Below, piece by piece: positions 54,237-64,000 of a stretch of DNA of 64,000 nucleotides. Below the pieces are notes generated by a model. It had not been told where the DNA came from. It searched no databases and worked only from the letters and a program-made list of their open reading frames with translations. Position 1 is the first letter of the stretch. Each line of letters starts with the position of its first letter. Both the position numbers and the translations under genes were made by a program. The stretch is from assembly GCA_965223415.1 (NCBI GenBank), contig OZ245002.1, positions 1,664,001 through 1,728,000 of the forward strand. The letters run 5' to 3'. Source of the DNA: Myxococcota bacterium (lineage in GTDB: Bacteria > Myxococcota_A > UBA9160 > UBA6930).

Positions 54237-56255
54237 TCACGCCACCAGGTAGCCGACGATCGCCAGGGTTCCGGCGAGCATCACGAAGAGGTACCCCTGG
54301 GCGAGCCCGGACTGGGCGTGCCGGAGCATGTCGGTAGCCAGGGCCCGCACGCTGCGAGCGCTGCCGTCGACGAGCACGCGGTCGATCAGTCCCGCGTCGA
54401 TGGCGCGATGCAGCACGCGATCCGAGAAGACGAGGAGCGGGCGCACCAGCACGCGGTCGTAGAGCTCGTCGACCCAGAAGCGCGCCTCGACGAGCCGATG
54501 CAGAGGGGCCACGACCCGACGCGCCCTCTCGGGAACGCCGGGAGCCGTCACGTAGAGCAGGTAGGCGAGGCCTGCGCCGGCTGCCGCCACCAGCGTGGCC
54601 ATGCCCGCCAGCCGCCACTCGACGGCCCGATCTACTCCGTGGGCGACCGACGGGAGGGTGGGTGCCAGGAAGTTGGCGAAGCTGTTGGCGTCCTCGATCG
54701 GAATGAAGGCCTCGGAAGGCCCGAACACGACGCCCCCCGCGATCGCGAACAGAGAGAGCACCACCAGCGGAATGGTGACGGTGCGGGGCGATTCCTGGAT
54801 GTTCGCCTGCAGCTCGCGCGGCACCCGGCACTCGCCGAGGAAGATACGGAAGTAGAGGCGGAACACGTAGAACGCGGTCAGGCCGGACGTCGCGATGCCG
54901 ATGCCGTAGAGGGTCGCGTGCCCGGGCACGTGGTGGGCGAGGTACACCGAGAGCAGGATCTCGTCCTTGGAGAAGAAGCCGGAGAAGTAGGGCGCACCGG
55001 TGATGGCGAGGGCGCCCGCCAGGAACGCGAGGCGCGTCCACAGGAGGTAGCGGTGCAGCCCGCCCATCCTGTCCATGTCCTGCTCGTGGTGCATCGCCAG
55101 GATGACCGAGCCCGCCGCCAGGAAGAGCAGCGCCTTGAACCAGGCATGGGTCGTGAGATGCCAGATCGCGGCGGTGTAGGCGCCACAGCCCGCCGCCAGG
55201 AACATGAAGCCGAGCTGGCTCACGGTCGAGTACGCCAGCACCTTCTTGATGTCGCTCTGGGCCGTGGCGATCATGGCCGCGAAGATCGCCGTCAGCGCGC
55301 CGGTCCACGCAATCACCGCGGAGGCCCCCGGCGCCGCCGCGTAGAGGAAGTCCAGCCGGCACACGAGGTAGACCCCGGCGGTCACCATCGTGGCCGCGTG
55401 GATCAGGGCGGAGACCGGAGTGGGCCCCGCCATCGCGTCGGGCAGCCAGACGTAGAGGGGCAGCTGGGCGGACTTCCCGACCGCCCCCAGGAAGAAGCAC
55501 AGCCCGATGAGCGTGGCGAGCCTCAACTGCCCGGCCCCGAGCCAGGCCGGGAGCTGGACGGTCTGCTCGGCGATGGCGGGGAACGCCGCCTGGATGTCGG
55601 GGAAGGCGATGGCGCCGCGCCCGGCCTCGTAGAGCGCCCAAAAGAGCAGCAGCATGCCGACGAGGAAGCCGAAGTCCCCGATCCGGTTCACGACGAAGGC
55701 CTTGGTTCCGCAGTGCGCGTTCCACTCGTCGCTGTACCAGAAGCCGATCAGCAGGTAGGAGCAGAGGCCGACGCCCTCCCAGCCGAGGAAGACGAGGAGC
55801 AGGTTGTCGGCCAACACCAGCACCAGCATCGAGAAGGTGAAAAGGTTCAGGTAGGCGAAAAAGCGCTGGAAGCCCTTGTCGTCCCGGTCGTCGTCGTCCA
55901 TGTAGCCGATGGAGTAGACGTGGATGAGGAAGCCGACTCCAGTGACGATCAGGATCATCACGGCGGAGAGCGGATCGAGCAGGAGCGCGACCTCGGCGCT
56001 GAAGGGGCCGGCGCCGATCCAGGTGTAGAGGCCGTCCCGGAGCACCCGGCCTTCCGGCGGCAGACTGGTGAGCGCGAGCAGCGCGAAGAACGAGAGCACG
56101 AAAGAGAGGCCGACGGCGCCGCAGGAGAGGCCGATGGTGACGAGGCGCGAAAGGGGCTGGCGCAGCAGCCCGAGGCACACGCCGTGGATCACCGCAGCGA
56201 TCAGCGGCAGGGCCGGGATCCAGTGCAGCAGCTCGTAGTCGTCGGTGCCCGTCAT
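54237..56255 (-). CDS. nuoL: NADH-quinone oxidoreductase subunit L
   Basis: GWEGVGLCSYLLIGFW, KSAQLPLYVWLPDAMAGPTPVSALIHAATMV, GFFSKD. Confidence 0.96.
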   Translation of the reverse strand: MTGTDDYELLHWIPALPLIAAVIHGVCLGLLRQPLSRLVTIGLSCGAVGLSFVLSFFALLALTSLPPEGRVLRDGLYTWIGAGPFSAEVALLLDPLSAVMILIVTGVGFLIHVYSIGYMDDDDRDDKGFQRFFAYLNLFTFSMLVLVLADNLLLVFLGWEGVGLCSYLLIGFWYSDEWNAHCGTKAFVVNRIGDFGFLVGMLLLFWALYEAGRGAIAFPDIQAAFPAIAEQTVQLPAWLGAGQLRLATLIGLCFFLGAVGKSAQLPLYVWLPDAMAGPTPVSALIHAATMVTAGVYLVCRLDFLYAAAPGASAVIAWTGALTAIFAAMIATAQSDIKKVLAYSTVSQLGFMFLAAGCGAYTAAIWHLTTHAWFKALLFLAAGSVILAMHHEQDMDRMGGLHRYLLWTRLAFLAGALAITGAPYFSGFFSKDEILLSVYLAHHVPGHATLYGIGIATSGLTAFYVFRLYFRIFLGECRVPRELQANIQESPRTVTIPLVVLSLFAIAGGVVFGPSEAFIPIEDANSFANFLAPTLPSVAHGVDRAVEWRLAGMATLVAAAGAGLAYLLYVTAPGVPERARRVVAPLHRLVEARFWVDELYDRVLVRPLLVFSDRVLHRAIDAGLIDRVLVDGSARSVRALATDMLRHAQSGLAQGYLFVMLAGTLAIVGYLVA

Positions 56256-56258
56256 CCC

Positions 56259-56555
56259 CTACCCCTCGAGGAGGCTCGCGTCCTCGACGTTCACCGTCTC
56301 GCGGTTCCGGAAGAGGGCTATTACGATCCCGAGACCCACCGCCACCTCGGCGGCGGCGACCACGACGACCATCAGGACCAGCACCTGGCCCGTGTGGTCC
56401 GCCCATTGCCGGGAGAAGGCCACCAGCGCCAGGTTCGCGGCGTTCAGCATCAGCTCGATCGACATCAGCACCACGACGACGTTGCGCCGCACCAGCGCGC
56501 CGACCGCCCCGATGGCGAAGAGGATCGCCGAGAGGGCGACAGCTTCCGCCACCAT
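56259..56555 (-). CDS. nuoK: NADH-quinone oxidoreductase subunit K
   Basis: RRN...LMSIELMLNAANL, AAAEVAVGL. Confidence 0.95.
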   Translation of the reverse strand: MVAEAVALSAILFAIGAVGALVRRNVVVVLMSIELMLNAANLALVAFSRQWADHTGQVLVLMVVVVAAAEVAVGLGIVIALFRNRETVNVEDASLLEG

Positions 56556-57052
56556 CAGTCCGCGCTCCGGCGGGCGAGGATGACCGCGCCGACCATGGCG
56601 GCCAGGAGCAGCAGCGAGCTCGCCTCGAAGGCCAGCACGTAGTCCGTGAAGAGCAGCGCCCCGAAGGCGCGGTAGCCGCCGAAGCCCTCGGGCAGGGCGA
56701 CCGGCTCCGGGAGCCTCGCCGGGAGCAGGCCCAGGAGCGCGACGGCTCCCGCGACGCCCAGGGCGGCCGCGATCGCCTTCGTCGCCCACTGGCGCCCGGG
56801 CCGGAAGGCGTCCCGCCGCAGGTTCAGCAGCATCACGACGAACAGGAACACCACGACAATGGCGCCGGCGTAGACCAGGATCTGCAGCACGCCGATCAGG
56901 TAGGCTTCCAGCAGCACGTAGATGCCGCCGAGCGAGACCATCGTCGCCACGAGCGAGAGGGCGCCGGCCACCGTGTTGCGCACGTTCAGCACCATGCCGA
57001 GGGCGCCGGCCACCGCGATCGCGGCGAAGGCGTGGAAGATCCATTCGCTCAC
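56555..57052 (-). CDS. nuoJ: NADH-quinone oxidoreductase subunit J
   Basis: QILVYAGAIVVVFLFVVMLL, FEASSLLLLAAMVGAV. Confidence 0.95.
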   Translation of the reverse strand: MSEWIFHAFAAIAVAGALGMVLNVRNTVAGALSLVATMVSLGGIYVLLEAYLIGVLQILVYAGAIVVVFLFVVMLLNLRRDAFRPGRQWATKAIAAALGVAGAVALLGLLPARLPEPVALPEGFGGYRAFGALLFTDYVLAFEASSLLLLAAMVGAVILARRSAD

Positions 57053-58197
57053 GGGAAGAGCGCCTCGATCCACAGGATCACGGCGCCGGTCACGAACACG
57101 TTGGCGATGGAGAGGGGCAGGATGACCTTCCAGCACAGGTCCATCACCTGGTCGTAGCGGAAGCGAGGCAAGGTCCAGCGCAGGGCCATCTGCAGCCAGA
57201 TCATGAACACGACCTTAGCCAGGAAGCAGAGGACGTGGAGCACGAGGCACAGGCCGGTGGCGAAGCCCTCGCCGAAGCCGCCGGCCACGAAGGCCACCAG
57301 GGTCTCCTGGGGAAGGAAGGGAATCGACCAGCCGCCCAGGAAGAGCGTGGTGACGATGCAGCCGATCACCGGCACCTCGAGGAACTCGGCGGTGTAGAAG
57401 AGGCCGAAGCGCATCCCCGAATACTCGACGTGGTAGCCGGCGACGATCTCGCTCTCCCCCTCCGGCGCGTCGAAGGGCGGGCGCTTGTTCTCGGCCATGA
57501 TGCAGGTGAGGAAGAGCACGAAGCCCAGGGGCTGGACGAAGACGCCCCACGTCGGCACGCGAATCCAGTCGAGGAACCACGGGAGGCTCACGCCCAGGGC
57601 CTCGACGAAACCGAGCAGCCGGAAGCTGCCGTCCTGCCAGACGGCCATCTCGGGCAGGCGCAGGGTCTCGTAGACCATGAACAGGCCCACGATCGAGAGG
57701 CCCATCGTCACTTCGTAGGAGATCATCTGCGCCGCGGCGCGCATCGAGCCGAGCAGGCCCCAGTTGCTGGCGCTCGACCAACCGGCCATCACGGCGCCGT
57801 AGGTGGCGATGGACCCGGCTGCGAAGACGAAGAGGATGCCCCAATCGACGTCGGCGACGACCAGGCTCAGCGTCGTCGTGCCGAAGGTGTAGACACCGCC
57901 GAAGGGAATGACGGCGAGGGTCGCGATGGCGGGCACGATCGCGACGACGGGCGCGAGCAGGTGCAGGATGCGGTTCGCGCCAGCGGGAACCACGTCCTCT
58001 TTGGAGAAGAGCTTCAGTACGTCCGCGGCCGGGTGCAGCAGGCCCAGCGCGGTGACGCCATGGAGATCGGCACGGTTCGCGCCGATGCGATCCTGCATCA
58101 CCGCGCTCTGCTTGCGCTCCACCCAGGTGATGAGCGGCAGCATGCCCCCGACGATCACCAACACGATGAAGAGCAGCTCGAGGACGACTTCGAGCAC
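57049..58197 (-). CDS. nuoH: NADH-quinone oxidoreductase subunit H
   Basis: ERK..MQDRIG, AAQMISYE, PFDAPEGESEIVAGYHVEYSG, LPRFRYDQ. Confidence 0.96.
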   Translation of the reverse strand: MLEVVLELLFIVLVIVGGMLPLITWVERKQSAVMQDRIGANRADLHGVTALGLLHPAADVLKLFSKEDVVPAGANRILHLLAPVVAIVPAIATLAVIPFGGVYTFGTTTLSLVVADVDWGILFVFAAGSIATYGAVMAGWSSASNWGLLGSMRAAAQMISYEVTMGLSIVGLFMVYETLRLPEMAVWQDGSFRLLGFVEALGVSLPWFLDWIRVPTWGVFVQPLGFVLFLTCIMAENKRPPFDAPEGESEIVAGYHVEYSGMRFGLFYTAEFLEVPVIGCIVTTLFLGGWSIPFLPQETLVAFVAGGFGEGFATGLCLVLHVLCFLAKVVFMIWLQMALRWTLPRFRYDQVMDLCWKVILPLSIANVFVTGAVILWIEALFP

Positions 58198-58200
58198 GGC

Positions 58201-59669
<1,469 letters not shown>

Positions 59670-59670
<1 letters not shown>

Positions 59671-60968
59671 CAGAGCGCAAAGCTCTCGGGGAAGGGACAC
59701 TTCTGCGCGCGCACGTGCTCCCGGAGCTCGCCCTCGAAGTGGCGCAGCAGGCCCTGCACGGGCCAGGCAGCGGCGTCGGCGAAGGCGCAGATCGTCGCCC
59801 CCTCCATCGTTCGGGCCACGTCGCCGAGCACGCCGAGCTCCGCCTCCGTCGCCGCGCCCCGCTCGACCCGCAGCAGCAGCTTGTGCATCCAACCCGTGCC
59901 CTCGCGGCACTGGGTGCACTGGCCGCAGGATTCGTCCCGGAAGAAGCCCGAGACGACGCATCCCACCCGCACCATACAAGTGGTCTCGTCCATCACGACC
60001 ACTCCGCCGGTGCCGAGGGCGGTGCCGTGCTTGCGAAGGGACTCGTTCGCCATCGGCACGTCGAGACGGCTCGCGGGCAGCACCGGCATGGAGACGCCGC
60101 CCGGGATGACCGCCTTGAGCTTCCGGCCCCCCGGCACGCCGCCGGCGTGCTCGAACACGATCTCGTCGAGACGGGTCCCGAGGGGCAGCTCGTAGAGACC
60201 CGGTCGTTCGACGTGGCCGGAGACGCCGAAGAGGGTCGTGCCCGGGCTTCGCTCCGTGCCGATGCCACGGAACCACTCGACGCCCCGCGCGAAGATGTGG
60301 GGCACGTGGCAGAAGGTCTCGACGTTGTTCACCGTCGTCGGTCGACCGAAGGCTCCGCGCTCGGCAGGGTAGGGAGGCTTGCGCCGCGGCTGCCCCTTCT
60401 TCCCTTCCAGGGACTCGAGGAGTCCGGTCTCCTCGCCGCAGATGTAGGCGCCCGCGCCGCGCACCAGCACCACCTCGTGGGAGAACCCGCTGCCGAGCAC
60501 CCGCGGGCCGAGCACGCCGGCAGCGCGCGCCTCTTCGATGGCCCGACCGAGGATGCGCGCGGGCTTCGCGTACTCGCCGCGGACGTAGACGAAGGTGGTC
60601 TCGGCGCCGGTGGCGAAGGCGGGGATGAGGATGCCCTCGAGGAGCTGGTGGGGCCCCCGCTCGATCAGCATGCGGTCCTTGAAGGAGCCGGGCTCGCTCT
60701 CGTCCGCGTTGCACACCAGGTAGCTCGGCCCGTCCCGCTCCGTCGGCATGAACGACCACTTGGTGCCCGCGTCGAAGCCGGCGCCGCCGCGCCCCTGCAG
60801 GCCGGCGCGCTTCAGGGTATCGATCACCTCACTCGGACTACGCCCGTTGAGCACCCGGCGCGCCGTCTCGTAGCCGCCATTGGCCCGGTAGCCCGGGAGC
60901 GTCGCGAAGCCGTCATCGCCGAAGTGCTCGCTCAGGTAGCCGGTGACGTGGGGCGCGGGATGGGCCAT
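59670..60968 (-). CDS. nuoF: NADH-quinone oxidoreductase subunit F
   Basis: GRGGAGF, NADESEPG, GAGAYICGEET, ESCGQCTQCREG. Confidence 0.96.
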
Positions 60969-60976
60969 GTCGCGGG

Positions 60977-61438
60977 CTACTCCAGCCCGTCCAGGAGCTC
61001 TCGCACCCGCGCCCAGTCGAGGTCTTCGTGATAGGCCTCGTCGACCCGCAGCATCGGCGCGTAGCCGCAGGCACCGAGGCACTCCTCGTGGCCGAGGCTG
61101 ACGCGGCCATCGCCGGTGGTGGCGCCGGCCCGCACCCCCAGGTGCGCTTCGATGCTGCGCAGCAGATCCCGACCGCCGCGCAGCGAGCAGGAGAGGCTCG
61201 TACAGACGTTCACCTGGTGGCGCCCTCGGGGCCGGTCGTGGAATTCGTTGTAGAAGCTGATCACCTCCATCACCTCGGCCGGATGCAGGTCGAATAGCGC
61301 CGCCACCTCCCGCGCCGTCTCGTCCGAGAGATGGCCCAGCTCGTCCTGGACGAGCCGGAGCGCGGCCAGGAGGGCGCCACGCTTCTCCGGCATCTTCGCG
61401 ATCTCCGCGTCGATCGCGGCTCGCGTGGCTGCGCTCAC
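60977..61438 (-). CDS. nuoE: NADH-quinone oxidoreductase subunit E
   Basis: VCTSLSC...ECLGACGYAP; GTGA overlap with the nuoA stop (alternative ATG at 61441). Confidence 0.94.
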   Translation of the reverse strand: MSAATRAAIDAEIAKMPEKRGALLAALRLVQDELGHLSDETAREVAALFDLHPAEVMEVISFYNEFHDRPRGRHQVNVCTSLSCSLRGGRDLLRSIEAHLGVRAGATTGDGRVSLGHEECLGACGYAPMLRVDEAYHEDLDWARVRELLDGLE

Positions 61439-61788
61439 CATTCGAGCGCGCCCTTCTTCCACTCGTAGAGCAGACCGATCACGAGGGGCACGCTGAACAC
61501 CGCCATCACCGCGAGACCGTAGGCGCCGAGGTCGCGGAAAAGGGCGCCCCAGGGATAGAAGAACACCGCCTCCAGGTCGAAGAGCACGAATAACATCGCG
61601 ACGAGGTAGAACTTCACCGAGAAGCGCTGGTTCGGCGAGACGATCTGCGACTCGCCGCACTCGAAGGGCTCGAGCTTCTCGGCAAACTCGCGCCGCGGCG
61701 AGAGCAGCCGGTGCAGCACGAGGAAGACGGCGGCGATCAGCAGAGCCAGCGCGAGGATCAGCAGAATGCCGACGAACTCGGCGAGCAT
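61435..61788 (-). CDS. nuoA: NADH-quinone oxidoreductase subunit A
   Basis: PFECG, FSVKFYLVAMLFVLFDLE, YEWKKGALEW. Confidence 0.96.
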   Translation of the reverse strand: MLAEFVGILLILALALLIAAVFLVLHRLLSPRREFAEKLEPFECGESQIVSPNQRFSVKFYLVAMLFVLFDLEAVFFYPWGALFRDLGAYGLAVMAVFSVPLVIGLLYEWKKGALEW

Positions 61789-61854
61789 GGTGCGCGGCCC
61801 CCCCTACCGCGAAGTTCCGCTAACTACCCGTCCCAGAAGCGGAAATTCGCGCGG

Positions 61855-61883
61855 AACCTAGCCGTGTGGAGAGCGCCCGTCAA
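61855..61883 (-). promoter_or_regulatory. Sigma70-like promoter of the nuo operon
   Basis: TTGACG-N17-TAGGTT on the minus strand. Confidence 0.6.
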
Positions 61884-61899
61884 TGTACACTCGCCGGCC

Positions 61900-62904
61900 A
61901 TGCCCACCCCCCTGGCCGTGCTCGGCGCCGGAAGCTTCGGCACCTGCCTGGCCGTGCTGGCCGCGCGCGAGCACGACGTCACGATCTGGGCGCGAGACGC
62001 GGGCACCGCCGAGACCATTCAACGCGACCGCCGCAACCCGCGCTACCTGAGCCACATCGAGCTGCCCGAGAGCATCACGGCCACCGCCGATCTTGCCGAG
62101 GCGCTGACCGACCGGGAGATCGTCGTCTGCGCGGTGCCCAGCCACGGCGTGCGCGACGTGATGGGGCGCGCCGGCAAGGTGATGGACCCGGGCGCGATCC
62201 TGGTCTCGACCGTGAAGGGCATCGAAGTCGAGACCGGCATGACCATGCACAAGGTGCTGGAGGACGTCCTGCCCGAGGCCCTGCACCCGCGCATCGTCTG
62301 CCTCTCGGGGCCGTCCTTCGCGCGGGAGGTGGCCGAGCAAAAGCCCACGGCGGTCACCCTGGCGTGCCGCGAGGAGGGCTACGCGATCGCCGTGCAGACC
62401 GCCCTCTCCTGCCCCTGGTTTCGCTGCTACACCCACGACGACGTGGTGGGCGTCGAGATCGGCGGCGCGCTCAAGAACGTCGTCGCCATCGCGGTCGGCA
62501 TCTGCGACGGCCTCGAGGCCGGCCTCAACGCCCGGGCCGGTCTGATGACGCGCGGGCTGCGCGAGATCACCCGGCTGGGAGAGGCGCTCGGCGCCCATCC
62601 CCTTACCTTCCTGGGGCTCTCCGGAATGGGCGACCTGATCCTCACCTGCACCGGGGATCTCTCCCGCAACCGGACCGTCGGCATCGAGATCGGTCGCGGC
62701 CGGCGCCTCGATGAGATCGTCGCCGGGATGGACCAGGTGGCGGAGGGCGTGCGTACCACCTACGCCGTCTGCGACCTCGCGACCCGCCTGGGCGTGGAGA
62801 TGCCCATCGCCTTCGGGGTGCGGCAGATCCTGAACGGCGAGATCGAGCCGGCAGCCGGCGGGCTGGCGCTGATGACGCGACAGCTGCGGTCGGAGACCGA
62901 GTAG
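61900..62904 (+). CDS. gpsA: NAD(P)H-dependent glycerol-3-phosphate dehydrogenase
   Basis: GAGSFG, KGIE, SGPSFA, GALKNV, GDLILTC...SRN, AEG. Confidence 0.95.
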   Translation: MPTPLAVLGAGSFGTCLAVLAAREHDVTIWARDAGTAETIQRDRRNPRYLSHIELPESITATADLAEALTDREIVVCAVPSHGVRDVMGRAGKVMDPGAILVSTVKGIEVETGMTMHKVLEDVLPEALHPRIVCLSGPSFAREVAEQKPTAVTLACREEGYAIAVQTALSCPWFRCYTHDDVVGVEIGGALKNVVAIAVGICDGLEAGLNARAGLMTRGLREITRLGEALGAHPLTFLGLSGMGDLILTCTGDLSRNRTVGIEIGRGRRLDEIVAGMDQVAEGVRTTYAVCDLATRLGVEMPIAFGVRQILNGEIEPAAGGLALMTRQLRSETE

Positions 62905-62959
62905 GCCGGGGTCCGCGAACACGTTCTCGCTTCTGGGATTTCGCTGCGGGGACGGGCGG

Positions 62960-63025
62960 TTGACGCCCCGCCACGAGGCGCGTAGCCTGATCGTCCTCCA
63001 AGAAATCGAAATTCATTTTCAGTTT
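62960..63025 (+). promoter_or_regulatory. feoAB promoter with an AT-rich Fur/iron-box-like site
   Basis: TTGACG-N17-TAGCCT at 62960-62988; imperfect palindrome AAATCGAAATTCATTTTCAGTTT at 63003-63025. Confidence 0.6.
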
Positions 63026-63260
63026 GACCGACGACCTCCTCTCCCAGCTGCCCGTCGGCGCTTCCGGCACCGTGACCGGGATCGACGCGCCCGAGCCCCT
63101 CGCCACACGGCTTCGGGATCTCGGGCTGCATCCGGGCACGCGGGTCCACTGCCTGCGGCGGGCGCCCCTCGGGGACCCGCGGGTCTACGAGCTGCGCGGT
63201 GTGCAGCTGTGTCTGCGGCACAGCGAGGCGGGCCGAGTGCGGGTGAGCGCCGATGGCTGA
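63024..63260 (+). CDS. feoA: Ferrous iron transport protein A
   Basis: RLRDLGL.PGT.V...RAPLGDP...LCLR..EA; TTG start. Confidence 0.9.
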   Translation: MTDDLLSQLPVGASGTVTGIDAPEPLATRLRDLGLHPGTRVHCLRRAPLGDPRVYELRGVQLCLRHSEAGRVRVSADG

Positions 63261-64000
63261 GGCACCGGCTCCCGCCCTGCGCCCGATGCGCCTAGGGCTG
63301 GTGGGCAGCCCGAACTCGGGCAAGACGACGCTCTTCAACGCCCTGACCGGCCTGCGCGCCAAGGTCGGCAACTACCCGGGCGTCACGGTCGAGCGCCGTG
63401 AGGGCACGGTACGGATCGACGGCCGCGAGCTGCAGGTGATCGACCTGCCCGGCACCTACGGGCTCGAACCCATGAGCCCGGACGAGGCGGTGGTGAGCCG
63501 GGTCCTCGCCGGGAAGGTGGCGGAGGTCGCGCCGCCGGACGCGCTCATCGTCACGGTCGACGCCTGCGCCCTGGCGCGCTCCCTGGGCTTCGTCGCCGAG
63601 CTCGTCCGGATGGGCCTGCCCACGTGCCTGGTGCTCACCATGACCGACGAGCTCCGGGCGCGCGGCGGCGAGCTCGACCTCCCGCGCCTGCGGGACGCCC
63701 TCGGCATCCCGGTGTTGGGCGTGGTGGGCCACCGCGGCATCGGCCTGGACGCGCTCCGTCAGCTCCTGGCCGAGCCCCTGGCCTGGGACCGGCCGCCGGT
63801 TCCGCCGCCTGCCGATCCGGAGGAGCGCCACGGCTGGTGCGAATCGGTCCTGGAACGGGTGGTGCAGCGGGCGCCGGGGCGCGATCCGCGGACCGCGGGC
63901 ATCGACCGCGTCGTGCTGCACCCGGTGGCCGGCAGCCTGCTCTTCCTCGTGGTGATGGTGCTCTTCTTCCAGCTCATCTTCGCCTGGGCCTCTCCCGCCA
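63253..64000 (+). CDS. feoB: Ferrous iron transporter B (3' truncated by the window)
   Basis: GSPNSGKT, VGNYPGVTVE, DLPGTYG, IDRVVLHP. Confidence 0.95.
   Translation, partial: MAEAPAPALRPMRLGLVGSPNSGKTTLFNALTGLRAKVGNYPGVTVERREGTVRIDGRELQVIDLPGTYGLEPMSPDEAVVSRVLAGKVAEVAPPDALIVTVDACALARSLGFVAELVRMGLPTCLVLTMTDELRARGGELDLPRLRDALGIPVLGVVGHRGIGLDALRQLLAEPLAWDRPPVPPPADPEERHGWCESVLERVVQRAPGRDPRTAGIDRVVLHPVAGSLLFLVVMVLFFQLIFAWASPA

Overview
A gene-dense, very high-GC bacterial chromosome segment. Its gene content suggests a Myxococcota/Deltaproteobacteria-like lineage (inference). The left part (0-25 kb) holds aromatic and lipid catabolism genes (MhpA-like hydroxylase, TetR, VOC, COMT-like methyltransferase, SDR, acyl-CoA dehydrogenase, esterase, BVMO), a hybrid kinase, a STAND-type class III cyclase and secreted hydrolases. 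It also hides a signal-peptide-bearing selenocysteine peroxiredoxin (TPG-UGA-TQE plus a SECIS-like hairpin) that the ORF track splits in two. The middle (25-42 kb) has a regulator-pspA-yqiJ-flotillin operon, an RNHCP gene with a candidate leader peptide, a kinase-less sensor-like gene followed by an alpha-oxoamine synthase/GNAT fusion, and a coupled serS-selB pair. The right part (42-64 kb) has complete nqrABCDEF-apbE-nqrM, a CBS protein, a RAYT-like Y1 transposase bounded by 31-bp inverted repeats, a complex I operon lacking nuoB/C/D/I, gpsA and feoAB. No rRNA, tRNA or CRISPR array was seen. All calls rest on motif recognition by eye; no database searches were run.
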